Below, piece after piece: positions 51,601 through 60,284 of a DNA stretch of 64,000 nucleotides. The notes beneath the pieces are model-generated. The model saw nothing but the letters and a program-made list of their open reading frames with translations. It made no database searches and had not been told where the DNA came from. The stretch comes from an uncultured Omnitrophica bacterium (lineage in GTDB: Bacteria; Omnitrophota; Gorgyraeia; JACQQV01): assembly GCA_947085655.1 (NCBI GenBank), contig CAMTXH010000019.1, positions 3,827 to 67,826 of the forward strand, written 5' to 3'. Position numbers and translations under genes: made by a program. Each line of letters opens with the position of its first letter. Position 1 is the first letter of the stretch.

Positions 51601-54076
51601 TACCGATGCCAATCTTCAAACCACCTCTGTGACAAGCCGCGATATCAATATCCGCGGTTACAACCATTTCCTTGAGAAAGAAATCCACGAGGCCCCCCAG
51701 ATGTGGGAGGATACCATCAGCGGGAAGACGGGCATCGATGTGGATCAAAGCGGAGTTAAAACGCCGTGGGTATCCCTCTCCCCCTTTGACGAATTACCGG
51801 TGAGAATTCTTCAAAGACTCGCGGACCAAGAAAATCCTACCCGAAAAATCTATGTCACCGGTATGGGAACGGCGGATGCGGCAGGTTCGGTGGTAGCAGG
51901 GCAGATCCGGGATTATTTGAGACTCGTCGGTCACGATGAAATCGAGGTGGAAGATATTATTGCGACCGAGTTAAGCGGATTCAAGTTACGGGAAAACATG
52001 AGCGACGTATTGATCGTGGCAGTCAGTCAATCCGGAAAGACGACGGATACCAATACGGCGATCAGTCATGCCAAAAAGAGAGGGGCCGGGGTTCTTGCGA
52101 TTGTGAATACACGCGATTCGAAATTGACGACTTTTGCGGATGGGGTCCTTTATACCGGGACAGGCCGTGACATCGAAATCGCAGTGGCTTCCACCAAGGC
52201 CTATTATGCACAGGTCGGCGCAGGGGCCCTTTACGCGATGGCACTTGCCGAGGGTCTTCTCCAAATGGACAGAGAACGGATTCGGGAGATGCCGGGTAGC
52301 CGCGAACGGACGGCCCAGTGGAACGAACTGGCCAAACGAGAGAAGGAGTTACAGAGGGTGATGTTGGAGGACATCAAAGAAATGCATTTGATGCCGGCAA
52401 AGATAACAACTTTTCTAAACGCCGTTCAAACTCTGGAAGAGGCATACCAAAAGGCGAAAAGAAAAGGTGCAACAGGAGTCCGACGCCATCCTCTTGTGGC
52501 AGCTGCCCATAACTGGCCGCTTCGGAAACTGGAGTGGAAAGTTTTGGGAAGCGGGCCGAATTATCATTCTGCAAAAGAGGGACGGATCAAACTCTCCGAG
52601 TTAACGTACAGCAGCCTGCCGTTTGACCACGTCGAGAATTACAAGCATATTGATTTTTCCGCAGAACCATGGGTGATCGCAAACATTGCGAATGTCTCGG
52701 GGTGGGAGAATACCTTCCATTCCGACATCGAATCCGAAGTCACCAAGATGCTTTCGCACAATGCGGCCTTAACGCTTATTGTTGCGGAGGACGATGCCCG
52801 TTTTAACTCTCTTGAGCAGGAATTCCTGACGGTGGAAGGAAAAAGGGAAAAAGGCCCCATTGATATCATCCGTATTCCCAAAACCAGCGAACGCTTTGCA
52901 CCTGTCCTTTCGACATTGGCGATGCATCTTTTGGCTTATCATGTAGCGCTTGCCCTGAACGAAAGAGCGAATGCGGTAATGAAAGTTCATGACGAGATTT
53001 TATATCAGACAGCGAGACTGAGAAACCATTACGGAAAGAAACAGGCCTCGAGTGATAACATCAGCGGTCTTATTTTGAAAAACAAGACTTTCCGGAAAGT
53101 GGCCAGAGAAAGAATCGGCGAACTCTTCCCGCAATTTAGAGAGGGTATCTTCAACAAAGGATTCGGCTCGGATCGGACCTTTTCGACGATGATTTTGTTG
53201 ATGGCCGCCGCTGGACATATTTCACTGGAACAGACAAACCAATTTTTGGGGAAGGATTATACGCCCGACACGTTTCTGGAAGCGCTTCCGGACTTTTTGA
53301 TGCACCAGCGGATGCGTCTTACCCGGACGGTGGATTCGGTTCTTCACCAGGCGAAGTTCGTGACTGTTGGAACCAAGCGCCAGACGGGATCGGAGTCAGC
53401 GGCGGCTGGGAGAGACGGCGGCGTGAGGCAGACCGCAGCAGTACTGGAAAGCGCAATCCAAGGTCTTTCGCCAGAAGTTTCTCTGTCCCAGTCGGTCCTT
53501 CAGTCCACCGTTCAAGGGACCGTTATAGTTTATGACGATGCGCTGGATAATTTGTCTATTGCCAAAAAGGTTGAACAACTTGCAAGCCAATTGAGGAATG
53601 CCGGCTCATCCATAGGATTCAGTCTGATTTCCCGTTCGGGGAAGGGGGCTGCGGGGATTGCCGAAGAGGTCTATCGGCATTCCAACGGCCTGGTTGACCT
53701 CTGGGGTCTGTTTCAAACATCTCTCGCCGAGGGTGAGGTCAATGTGCTTGACCCCAGGGCAGTGGATACGGCGCTGCGGCAGAGAGGGCTGGTGCCTCTT
53801 GAGCTCGTTGCCCCGCGGGAGATCGTTGATCTTTACAAAGAAAACAAAATCCAACTCTATGCCTGGCTGGTCTCCGGGAATCCAAAAGAGGGTGAGCCGG
53901 GCGTAGTTTACGGTGCAGAAGCCCTTCACCAAATGGTTGAGATCTTTGGATGGAACCCTGCCGACACCGAAATCCTTCTGGTTGAAGGCGGTCTGGAATT
54001 TACAGCGACGTTAGAGCGCTTTGAAGGGGACATCGAAGCCCTGGACCGCTCCTATCGTGAAAATCGCGGGTTATAA
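48689..54076 (+). CDS. giant secreted protein C (1795 aa) with embedded GlmS-like amidotransferase+2xSIS unit and C-terminal B-like module
   Basis: GGAGGTG SD. Signal-peptide-like MKKSGFWFKLTACLILQIFLFFTVSPIPASA. The region encoded at about 50560-53000 parallels glucosamine-6-P synthase end to end (RGRDSLGVAI, QSRWASAGG..NAHP, VVLNGDIDNY, YVTGMGTADAAG, VSQSGKTTDT, AVASTKAYYAQ, LLAYHVALAL), but the position of the N-terminal catalytic Cys is internal and occupied by non-Cys residues. Confidence 0.8.
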   Translation: MKKSGFWFKLTACLILQIFLFFTVSPIPASALPTPTQSHLRSISTRSSDGGVRLLQQELLRPAGVPAPDALQPIDVYIAATFDHATGPTSFEGRVRRLVSAVAQGEYEGVDPQTLVPLFLKELTPDQADLHESIGGEWERLNGTCQTCGVNSFYELPSTGRVSSQDLRRVPREVLGSLVAAVHIAQSGRLSFHPRTNEILYSAFDLGLVYGMSVHQLPKAEKALRSLVPNAERGLIVHLAALDPEGRGGHFAAVKTIGENEVIVLDKGREITLPLPEFLRQWSGYFLTYSQTSSAKVVPQEEAKEVMGCCGTYGEIISKGAYHQQPDVDIAQLSSIAALIEQHGLQALVKNNQERLFFAGEEDVQIDAVGRSGSISFIEYTGRDEEPVQRHPHTLNADEIKKVKGYVHLREKAAAQLEEVHRLNEQVEKAKSKYGKGKDSNQSWEEWRKNRHHGWKEWQRGAGEAKEAKKKYQQYRNDYLEEREKVLGQFIANIYPGQRTRFQNYLLESYLGGREQIQKFFSQFYHLKRIVNLEFIFNNPSVRAEIRSLADRLRVLIAEEERLYKKFVEDGLLHQQDLEAYKGRMALLKDMEWFLTEDVLRHIDEIMSLGGIEERDLPVSSHAFQALRAVNTALVAIDKRLETRGRDSLGVAISLSVPDVKTYHRLRDALHNNGFRSEYERRRERGTMNLDNLAIRMQHSHKPNGDIDADRPVTITFVYKVAEAVGKLGDNARAIRKSITEDEVFKRVIRADLENIVVTAQSRWASAGGINIPNAHPVDNRGIYLIDGRQREQIWELSADQIPKYGRNGTLFVVLNGDIDNYNSEREGKPNLTKVYEEDQLNTVPRHIHPEASSDTKRIPLRIEHYLARGHDLKEAFRLAVNDFGGSFAIQMQSDLEPGKIFLAQHGEGQALYVGISEDGFHSSSEQYGFVESTQRYVEMQAGQIIILDQARKPGVEQIEAYDFDGTPIKFTDANLQTTSVTSRDINIRGYNHFLEKEIHEAPQMWEDTISGKTGIDVDQSGVKTPWVSLSPFDELPVRILQRLADQENPTRKIYVTGMGTADAAGSVVAGQIRDYLRLVGHDEIEVEDIIATELSGFKLRENMSDVLIVAVSQSGKTTDTNTAISHAKKRGAGVLAIVNTRDSKLTTFADGVLYTGTGRDIEIAVASTKAYYAQVGAGALYAMALAEGLLQMDRERIREMPGSRERTAQWNELAKREKELQRVMLEDIKEMHLMPAKITTFLNAVQTLEEAYQKAKRKGATGVRRHPLVAAAHNWPLRKLEWKVLGSGPNYHSAKEGRIKLSELTYSSLPFDHVENYKHIDFSAEPWVIANIANVSGWENTFHSDIESEVTKMLSHNAALTLIVAEDDARFNSLEQEFLTVEGKREKGPIDIIRIPKTSERFAPVLSTLAMHLLAYHVALALNERANAVMKVHDEILYQTARLRNHYGKKQASSDNISGLILKNKTFRKVARERIGELFPQFREGIFNKGFGSDRTFSTMILLMAAAGHISLEQTNQFLGKDYTPDTFLEALPDFLMHQRMRLTRTVDSVLHQAKFVTVGTKRQTGSESAAAGRDGGVRQTAAVLESAIQGLSPEVSLSQSVLQSTVQGTVIVYDDALDNLSIAKKVEQLASQLRNAGSSIGFSLISRSGKGAAGIAEEVYRHSNGLVDLWGLFQTSLAEGEVNVLDPRAVDTALRQRGLVPLELVAPREIVDLYKENKIQLYAWLVSGNPKEGEPGVVYGAEALHQMVEIFGWNPADTEILLVEGGLEFTATLERFEGDIEALDRSYRENRGL

Positions 54077-57000
54077 TGTTGATGAAAAAGAAAAGATGGC
54101 TTAGTTTTTCTGCCTGGGTGACTTTCGAGCTCTTCTTTTTTACCCAGATTGTTTCGGCAGGGAACATTGTTGTGCCCTCTCCGCGCCATTCCCACCTCCG
54201 CGCCCCGAGTTTGAAAGGGACTGCCCAGGACGGGAGCCGTCGTGATGTCGGCGTTAGTCAATTTCTTACGGAGCTCCGGGGTGTCAAAGACGGCGGCACA
54301 CAAAATCTTGAGAGTTTTCCGTCTCTTTTACGAGATTATCTGAAGAGCGTAGCGGGCGTGATCGAGGGTCCCGACTGGTTAAGACAGACGCATGCCCTCT
54401 TTACCTCTGTCTATCCCCGGACTTTTCTTGCGGACTTGGAAAAGATGAGACAGGTGCCGGAACCCACCGGCGGCACCGTGTATTCGCGGCTTGATACACC
54501 CCTTTATTACGACGCAGAGCGCGGATTTGTCGTCCTGGTGGCATCCTGGGAGCCGGGTCAATCCACCCATATCCATAATCACCTCACCGAAAATGAAGAG
54601 CCGGAGGAAGGGATCATCGGTGTGCTTGAGGGCGAGGCAGAGGTGGTCCATTTTAGACGGGAGGGGAACCGGATTATTGAAGCGGGCCGGTTCATTTTGA
54701 AGGAAGGGCAGGCCGCGATTGTGCGTCAGGAAGCGGGGCAAATCCATCGGGTCAGGAATGCAGGAAACACCCGCCTTGTCATGCTCGATACCTACCGTCC
54801 CCGGCTTACCCGGACCGATGTCTTCCTGCCGCTTGAGGATCATTCGGAAACCTCCCTTTTGGGAGGGAAAAAGCGTGAAGCGTATGTCGTCGAGCCGGTC
54901 CGAATTCCTGCAGGGAAACAGAATCTTTTACTTCCGAAACTTTTGGTTGAGGCGGGCTTCGCTGTTCCGCAGATTGATGAGTTTCTGCGCAGCCCGATCA
55001 CCGTCAAAGCAACCTTGCAGGCCTTAAATGAAGCGAAGGCGCTGATTGCGGGGAGGGATGGAGGGGATAAACGGCAGCCGGCCAAGGAATCCACCGTCGA
55101 AATCGCAGGGGCGACATTTTTGCATCTTTCGGCCGAAAGACCGGTTGAGACGGTGCTGATTCCGGAGCCGATTGATCCGGCGGTCATCCGCCTGATTCAG
55201 GAAAGGGACGATGTCTCTGCCTTTATCCTGACTCCCGGGTCTGAAGAGGTTCGGACCCCCGAGGGATGGAAGGTTTTCTCGCAAGACCAGCTCTTAGAGA
55301 CCGTGCGCCAAACCAATCCTACCGCAATCATCGGCTATACCAATCTTCTCTATAATGCCCAATTGATGGATCTGGCCCCCCGCTTGGAAGGGATTTATCT
55401 TTTCTCGACGGGCCGTGAAAATGTGAGCCATCTGGAAGCGCGCCGGCGCGGAATCTTCGCCACGTTTGTCCCGGGGCCTTTAACGGAGATGGTGACCGAG
55501 CGGAATCACACATTTGGCCTGAATTTTGTCTTTGATTATTTAGGGAGCGTTCTCTATCAATCCCGTCCCGGTTGGATGACGGCCGAGGAGGTTTTGTCTT
55601 CTACGGTCAAAGAGAATCCGGAATCGGTTGCGCAGTGGATATGGGGGGAGCTTCTGCGAAGAAGTCAGCGGCTTGATCGGCAGGTTGACCATGTGAAACA
55701 AGGAAAATTCAGGCGCACAACCGGGGTCAGTGAAAACGCAACGGTTTATTCCGAACAATTGGCTCACAATCCGGAAATCGGAATAGAGACCACCCTCGGT
55801 CTTATCGGCCTTGGGGAAGTCGGCAAACGTCTTGCCGAGATTGCAAAGGTCTTCGAACTCAAAGAAGTCCGTTACCATGTGCCTCCTAAAGAACGGGATA
55901 AAAAATTAGAAAAAGAGCTTGGGTTGGTTTATGTAACATCTGTCAAGGACATTTTAACATCAAACTATGTGATCCGTGTCCCGGGCGCACCCATCCATTT
56001 AACCTCGGTAACCGATTTTAGGCAGGAGATTGTGGATCCTGAAAGAATATGGACCGATCCGGACAAGGCGCAGAATCTCCTGAAGCAGTCTCTTTTTGGA
56101 AGGAGAGCCCACATTGCAGGTCTGGGGCAGATCGGAAGAGAAACGGCCAGACGAGCCATTGCTCTCGGGATGGATGTGGATGCCATCGAGATTCGACCGG
56201 ATCTTGAGGCGATTGAAGCGCTGAATCAATTCCAGAGTAAGTTTGCCGAGCGCCACGGACGACCTAAAAGGCCAATCCGGTTGGTGAAGGATAAAGAAGC
56301 CTTCTTTAAAGAAGCAAACCCGGGAGACCTCTTCTTTTATCAGTTTAATTATACTCCTGAAGTCCATCATTGGGTCGATGCAGAGGCCCTGGCACTCCTC
56401 GGCGACACGCCGGTCATTCATATGAACACTGCCCGGGGGAAATTGGTGGATACAAAGGTAATGGAGGAATATCTCGATACCCATCCCCATTCAAAGTATG
56501 GAACAGACGTTTTGGAAAATGAGACCGGAGAAACAGAAAAAGGTCTCGCAGAGCGGCCTAATGTCGTGGTCACTCCTCATTCGGCAAGTGCCGATCCCCG
56601 GGTTCGCGCCTATGTTCAGAAAGTGGCGGTCGTTGATAACTTCTTCGCTTTCTTGGATGGGAAGATACCGGCCAACCCGATGCCCGAGGTCCCGGTTCAT
56701 GAAGTGGTGGCCCGGCGGATGTTTCGGGAGGCGGTCAAAAGCGCCGACGCGTATGAGGCGGTCAGGCGGCATGTTGCTTACGATCCTTCTTCCCAGACCC
56801 TCACCGTTCAGGGGCGCCCCTATGATCTCGCCGGTATTCAAAATATCTATGTTGTGGGATACGGCAAGGCCTCGGGGGAGATGGCCGAGGCGCTTACGGA
56901 AATTTTGGGCGAGCGGATTACATCCGGCGTTATCACTGTGGCCGGGCATGAGCAGAAGAAGCGGTTTAACGGGAAGATTAAACCGATTACTGTTTATGCC

Positions 57001-60000
57001 GGCGATCATCCGATCCCCGGGCTCGAAGGACCGAAGGGGACAGAGGAGATGATCGCCCTTGTGCATCAAGCGGAACCACAGGATATGGTCATCTCGCTCA
57101 TTTCCGGCGGCGGGAGCGCCATCGGTGCCCACCCCGTCTTTAAAATGTCCCTTAAGGACTTGCAGACACTCTATCAGCTTCTTGAAAGCACACCCATCCC
57201 GATTCATGAAAAGAACGTTATCCGTAAACATCTTGATGCACGCGCTGACCTCTTGCGGGTCTCAAGAAATGCAAAACATTTTGTCAGTCTCATCATTTCC
57301 GATGTCCCCGGGGATGATCCCCGCGACATCGCTTCCGGTTATACCGTCGGAGACACCAGCACATTTCGCGATGTGAAGGAACTTCTTCAGAAATACCACC
57401 TCTGGGGGAGAATTCCGGCATCCATCCGGAATTTCATCGAGCAAAATGTCATTAGTGATCCTGTGTTTGAACAGGTTCACCCCGAAGATCCCCTTTTCAA
57501 GGGCGGCCGAGTTCATACCGCACTTTTGGTCGGGAACCGTCCGGCCCTTGAACGGGCGGCGGAAGTGGCGCGCGCACTGGGATATGAGACAAAAATTATT
57601 GAAGAGCCACTTTCCCGCACGGTGGAGGCAGAGGGCGTACAGATCGTGGAGGAGATCATCGAGGCCTCCGATTCCCCGAGGGAAAAACCCCTTGCGATCC
57701 TCTGGGGCGGCGAGACGGTGGTTGATCTTCCCGAAAGCCCGGGGCGCGGCGGGAGGAATAGTCACCTGGCCATGACCATCGCAAAAGACCTTTTTGACCT
57801 GAATCTCCCGGAAGTGACCTTCCTTGCGGCAAGCACAGATGGCAAGGACGGCTCTTGGGACGGGACCGGGGCGGTGGTGACAGGCGAGACCGTGGCACGC
57901 GCGCAACAGGCGCGCATGGAGCTCTCCGACTTCTTAAGGCGCTTTGATTCCGGGACCTTTGCCGAAAAGACGGGGATTGATGTGACAACCGGACCCACCG
58001 GAACGAATGTGATGGATGTTGCCATCGCGTTAATTCCTGCCGGGATGCCAGAAGAGGCGCGCGAGGGCGGGAACCGAGAGGCGATTCGCAGCGCAGGAAG
58101 AGCGCTTGCGGGATTATTGCGTTCAAAACTCATCAATCTGCGGGATGCCGAGAAGATGCCGGCTGAACTCCGGCGTGCACTCAGTCAAGATGTCCACGAA
58201 AGACTCCGGCAACAATTGCATCCCACGCTTCTCAGGGAAGTCGGAGATGTCGAAAAGCCCGTCCTGGAAAGGACCCTTCGGGATGCCGCAGTTTTGGCTT
58301 CCTTGTCTCCCGAAGATCCCAAGGGCATCAAGCAGTCGGCTTTTCTGGCAGGGCGTATTTTAGAAGATATTAATCAATATGCCTCTTCCTCTGCGTCGTT
58401 ACGGGCCTCTTGGCATGCGCCGCGGGATCCATCCGGAAAGGTGATGGTGGATCCCCGATATGAGGAATACCGGAAGGCGATCTGGAAAAGCCCTTCCCAC
58501 TGGAATTTTAAGGGGATTCGGGGTCTCCTTGAGGCGCTTGAAGAGGAAACGCTGAGGGAAACGCTGCGACAATTCGCCGCAAGCGGTGAGACATTTGTTG
58601 TGGCAGAGATTGGGACGGGGAACGGCCCTTTGACGCAAGAACTCCTTGAGATGTTCAAGCGGTTCAGCGTCAAAAATTACAAAATTCTTGCGACCGATGT
58701 GAATGCGAGTTGGCTCGCTTCCGCTTATGAACGGTATGGAGACAAAAAAAGTCCCCATTATGATCCTTCCGTGGAATTTTATCTGGTCCGTTCCGAGGAT
58801 GAACAGGGGCGGTCCTTCAGGGATTTTGAGAAACTCTCCACAACGCTCGGCGGGCAGAAAGTCCATTTGGTGATCGGATCGCATGCGATCCATCTCATCG
58901 GGCAGTTTGACCAATTCGCAGCGGGAGTCCGCGAAACACTTCTCCCGGGCGGCTTTGCCGCTTTCCAGAGTTTGAACGTGGAATATCCTGGCCGGGTTTC
59001 GGCGGATGGAACGGGTCCTTTCCTCATCGATGATACCGCAAACCGTGTCCATGACCTTGCCGTTGAACTGATTCGAAACGACGCAAGATACGCCGGTTAC
59101 CGGGAACGGGTTTCAGAGGAAAACATCGCAAAAGCACTCCAGACTCGTCGGGCGGTTTTCCCACCGGTCCGGGACCAAAGCGAATATCTGACGCATCTTA
59201 AAGATCATGGCTTTGGTATTTTGGTCCCTTATGCCTCTCCTTCTTATCCGGCAGAGTATATCCATGTTCTCTATGAGGACTGGGGAGAATTTTTGAAACT
59301 TGAACTTTTGCAGAACGGTATCCTTCCCGAATTGCACAAAACCCCTGTTCAATCCGAGGTCATCGCCGAGGCGGCGGAACGGCTCTTTGAGTGGATGCGC
59401 CGGGAAAACGAAGAAAAGAGAAATCCTTTCACGAGCAAGGAGAAGAAGGGTTCCTTCATCGTCGGCTCCACCATCATCATTGCAAAATTGGGGAGGGAAG
59501 AAAGGTCGCCAGTCGAGCCGGAACGCTTTGCCCGGGATGGGGGGAGGAGAGGGCTCGAAATAGAGCGGCGCGAGGCGCTGGTTGCCTATCTTGATGGGAT
59601 TCTCGATGCAACTCCCACACAGGGCCCCGGCGTGATCTCATTGGATGTGAAGGTCGAACAATTAGCATCGCAGTTTGCGCTTCCCCCCGAAACCGTGAAG
59701 CGATTCCTTGGGGATTCGGATGTCTTCCAGATCTTACCAGATGGACAGATTACTTTTGATCGAAGCATCGGGGAGGATTCCGAAGCCCTTCGCTTTTTCG
59801 CAATGACGGCCAAAAAATGGATCGCCTCCGCCCGAGACGGCGGGTTCAAGGTTGGCGATGTCAAGACAGTAGAAGTGGAAGAAACGATTTCGGCATTACC
59901 GGAGGAGATTGCAAACGAGACGGATCAGCGTTATCAAGATGGGCGGCTGGTCGGAAGAGAAGGATTTGGCAATATTATTGATGCGATTGAGGACCGTGTA

Positions 60001-60255
60001 TGGACCATCGAAGAACTGCTTGAAAGACTCGACCGGAAGGCGGAGGAAAAACTCCGCCCAGAACTTTCTCCGCTTGCCAAAGCGCTATTGAGGCAGCTTT
60101 TGATTCAAGAGGGGACGGCTCGGGATAGCAGCGTCCTTCTTGAGTTGGCTAAAGCCATCCGAACGCTCGATCTTCCCTCTCTCACTGCGGGCCCCCTCCA
60201 CAAGGACCTCGAATCCGCAAAGCAGATTGTGAAAGAGGTCTTGGTCGGACTGTAA
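54076..60255 (+). CDS. giant secreted protein D (2059 aa): cupin + D-2-hydroxyacid dehydrogenase + MOFRL glycerate kinase + class I SAM-methyltransferase-like domains
   Basis: TAATG overlap with the C stop. Signal-like MLMKKKRWLSFSAWVTFELFFFTQIVSA. Cupin motifs (PGQSTHIHNH...GQIHRVRNAGN), Rossmann motifs GLIGLGEVGKRLA and IAGLGQIGRETARR plus VVTPHSAS, MOFRL motifs (VVGYGKASGEMA, ISLISGGGSA, LWGGETVVDLPESPGRGGRNSHLAM, AASTDGKDG), and MTase motif I VVAEIGTGNGPLT. Confidence 0.8.
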   Translation: MLMKKKRWLSFSAWVTFELFFFTQIVSAGNIVVPSPRHSHLRAPSLKGTAQDGSRRDVGVSQFLTELRGVKDGGTQNLESFPSLLRDYLKSVAGVIEGPDWLRQTHALFTSVYPRTFLADLEKMRQVPEPTGGTVYSRLDTPLYYDAERGFVVLVASWEPGQSTHIHNHLTENEEPEEGIIGVLEGEAEVVHFRREGNRIIEAGRFILKEGQAAIVRQEAGQIHRVRNAGNTRLVMLDTYRPRLTRTDVFLPLEDHSETSLLGGKKREAYVVEPVRIPAGKQNLLLPKLLVEAGFAVPQIDEFLRSPITVKATLQALNEAKALIAGRDGGDKRQPAKESTVEIAGATFLHLSAERPVETVLIPEPIDPAVIRLIQERDDVSAFILTPGSEEVRTPEGWKVFSQDQLLETVRQTNPTAIIGYTNLLYNAQLMDLAPRLEGIYLFSTGRENVSHLEARRRGIFATFVPGPLTEMVTERNHTFGLNFVFDYLGSVLYQSRPGWMTAEEVLSSTVKENPESVAQWIWGELLRRSQRLDRQVDHVKQGKFRRTTGVSENATVYSEQLAHNPEIGIETTLGLIGLGEVGKRLAEIAKVFELKEVRYHVPPKERDKKLEKELGLVYVTSVKDILTSNYVIRVPGAPIHLTSVTDFRQEIVDPERIWTDPDKAQNLLKQSLFGRRAHIAGLGQIGRETARRAIALGMDVDAIEIRPDLEAIEALNQFQSKFAERHGRPKRPIRLVKDKEAFFKEANPGDLFFYQFNYTPEVHHWVDAEALALLGDTPVIHMNTARGKLVDTKVMEEYLDTHPHSKYGTDVLENETGETEKGLAERPNVVVTPHSASADPRVRAYVQKVAVVDNFFAFLDGKIPANPMPEVPVHEVVARRMFREAVKSADAYEAVRRHVAYDPSSQTLTVQGRPYDLAGIQNIYVVGYGKASGEMAEALTEILGERITSGVITVAGHEQKKRFNGKIKPITVYAGDHPIPGLEGPKGTEEMIALVHQAEPQDMVISLISGGGSAIGAHPVFKMSLKDLQTLYQLLESTPIPIHEKNVIRKHLDARADLLRVSRNAKHFVSLIISDVPGDDPRDIASGYTVGDTSTFRDVKELLQKYHLWGRIPASIRNFIEQNVISDPVFEQVHPEDPLFKGGRVHTALLVGNRPALERAAEVARALGYETKIIEEPLSRTVEAEGVQIVEEIIEASDSPREKPLAILWGGETVVDLPESPGRGGRNSHLAMTIAKDLFDLNLPEVTFLAASTDGKDGSWDGTGAVVTGETVARAQQARMELSDFLRRFDSGTFAEKTGIDVTTGPTGTNVMDVAIALIPAGMPEEAREGGNREAIRSAGRALAGLLRSKLINLRDAEKMPAELRRALSQDVHERLRQQLHPTLLREVGDVEKPVLERTLRDAAVLASLSPEDPKGIKQSAFLAGRILEDINQYASSSASLRASWHAPRDPSGKVMVDPRYEEYRKAIWKSPSHWNFKGIRGLLEALEEETLRETLRQFAASGETFVVAEIGTGNGPLTQELLEMFKRFSVKNYKILATDVNASWLASAYERYGDKKSPHYDPSVEFYLVRSEDEQGRSFRDFEKLSTTLGGQKVHLVIGSHAIHLIGQFDQFAAGVRETLLPGGFAAFQSLNVEYPGRVSADGTGPFLIDDTANRVHDLAVELIRNDARYAGYRERVSEENIAKALQTRRAVFPPVRDQSEYLTHLKDHGFGILVPYASPSYPAEYIHVLYEDWGEFLKLELLQNGILPELHKTPVQSEVIAEAAERLFEWMRRENEEKRNPFTSKEKKGSFIVGSTIIIAKLGREERSPVEPERFARDGGRRGLEIERREALVAYLDGILDATPTQGPGVISLDVKVEQLASQFALPPETVKRFLGDSDVFQILPDGQITFDRSIGEDSEALRFFAMTAKKWIASARDGGFKVGDVKTVEVEETISALPEEIANETDQRYQDGRLVGREGFGNIIDAIEDRVWTIEELLERLDRKAEEKLRPELSPLAKALLRQLLIQEGTARDSSVLLELAKAIRTLDLPSLTAGPLHKDLESAKQIVKEVLVGL

Positions 60256-60284
60256 TCAGAACCAACATTCTGAATCCAATTTAA

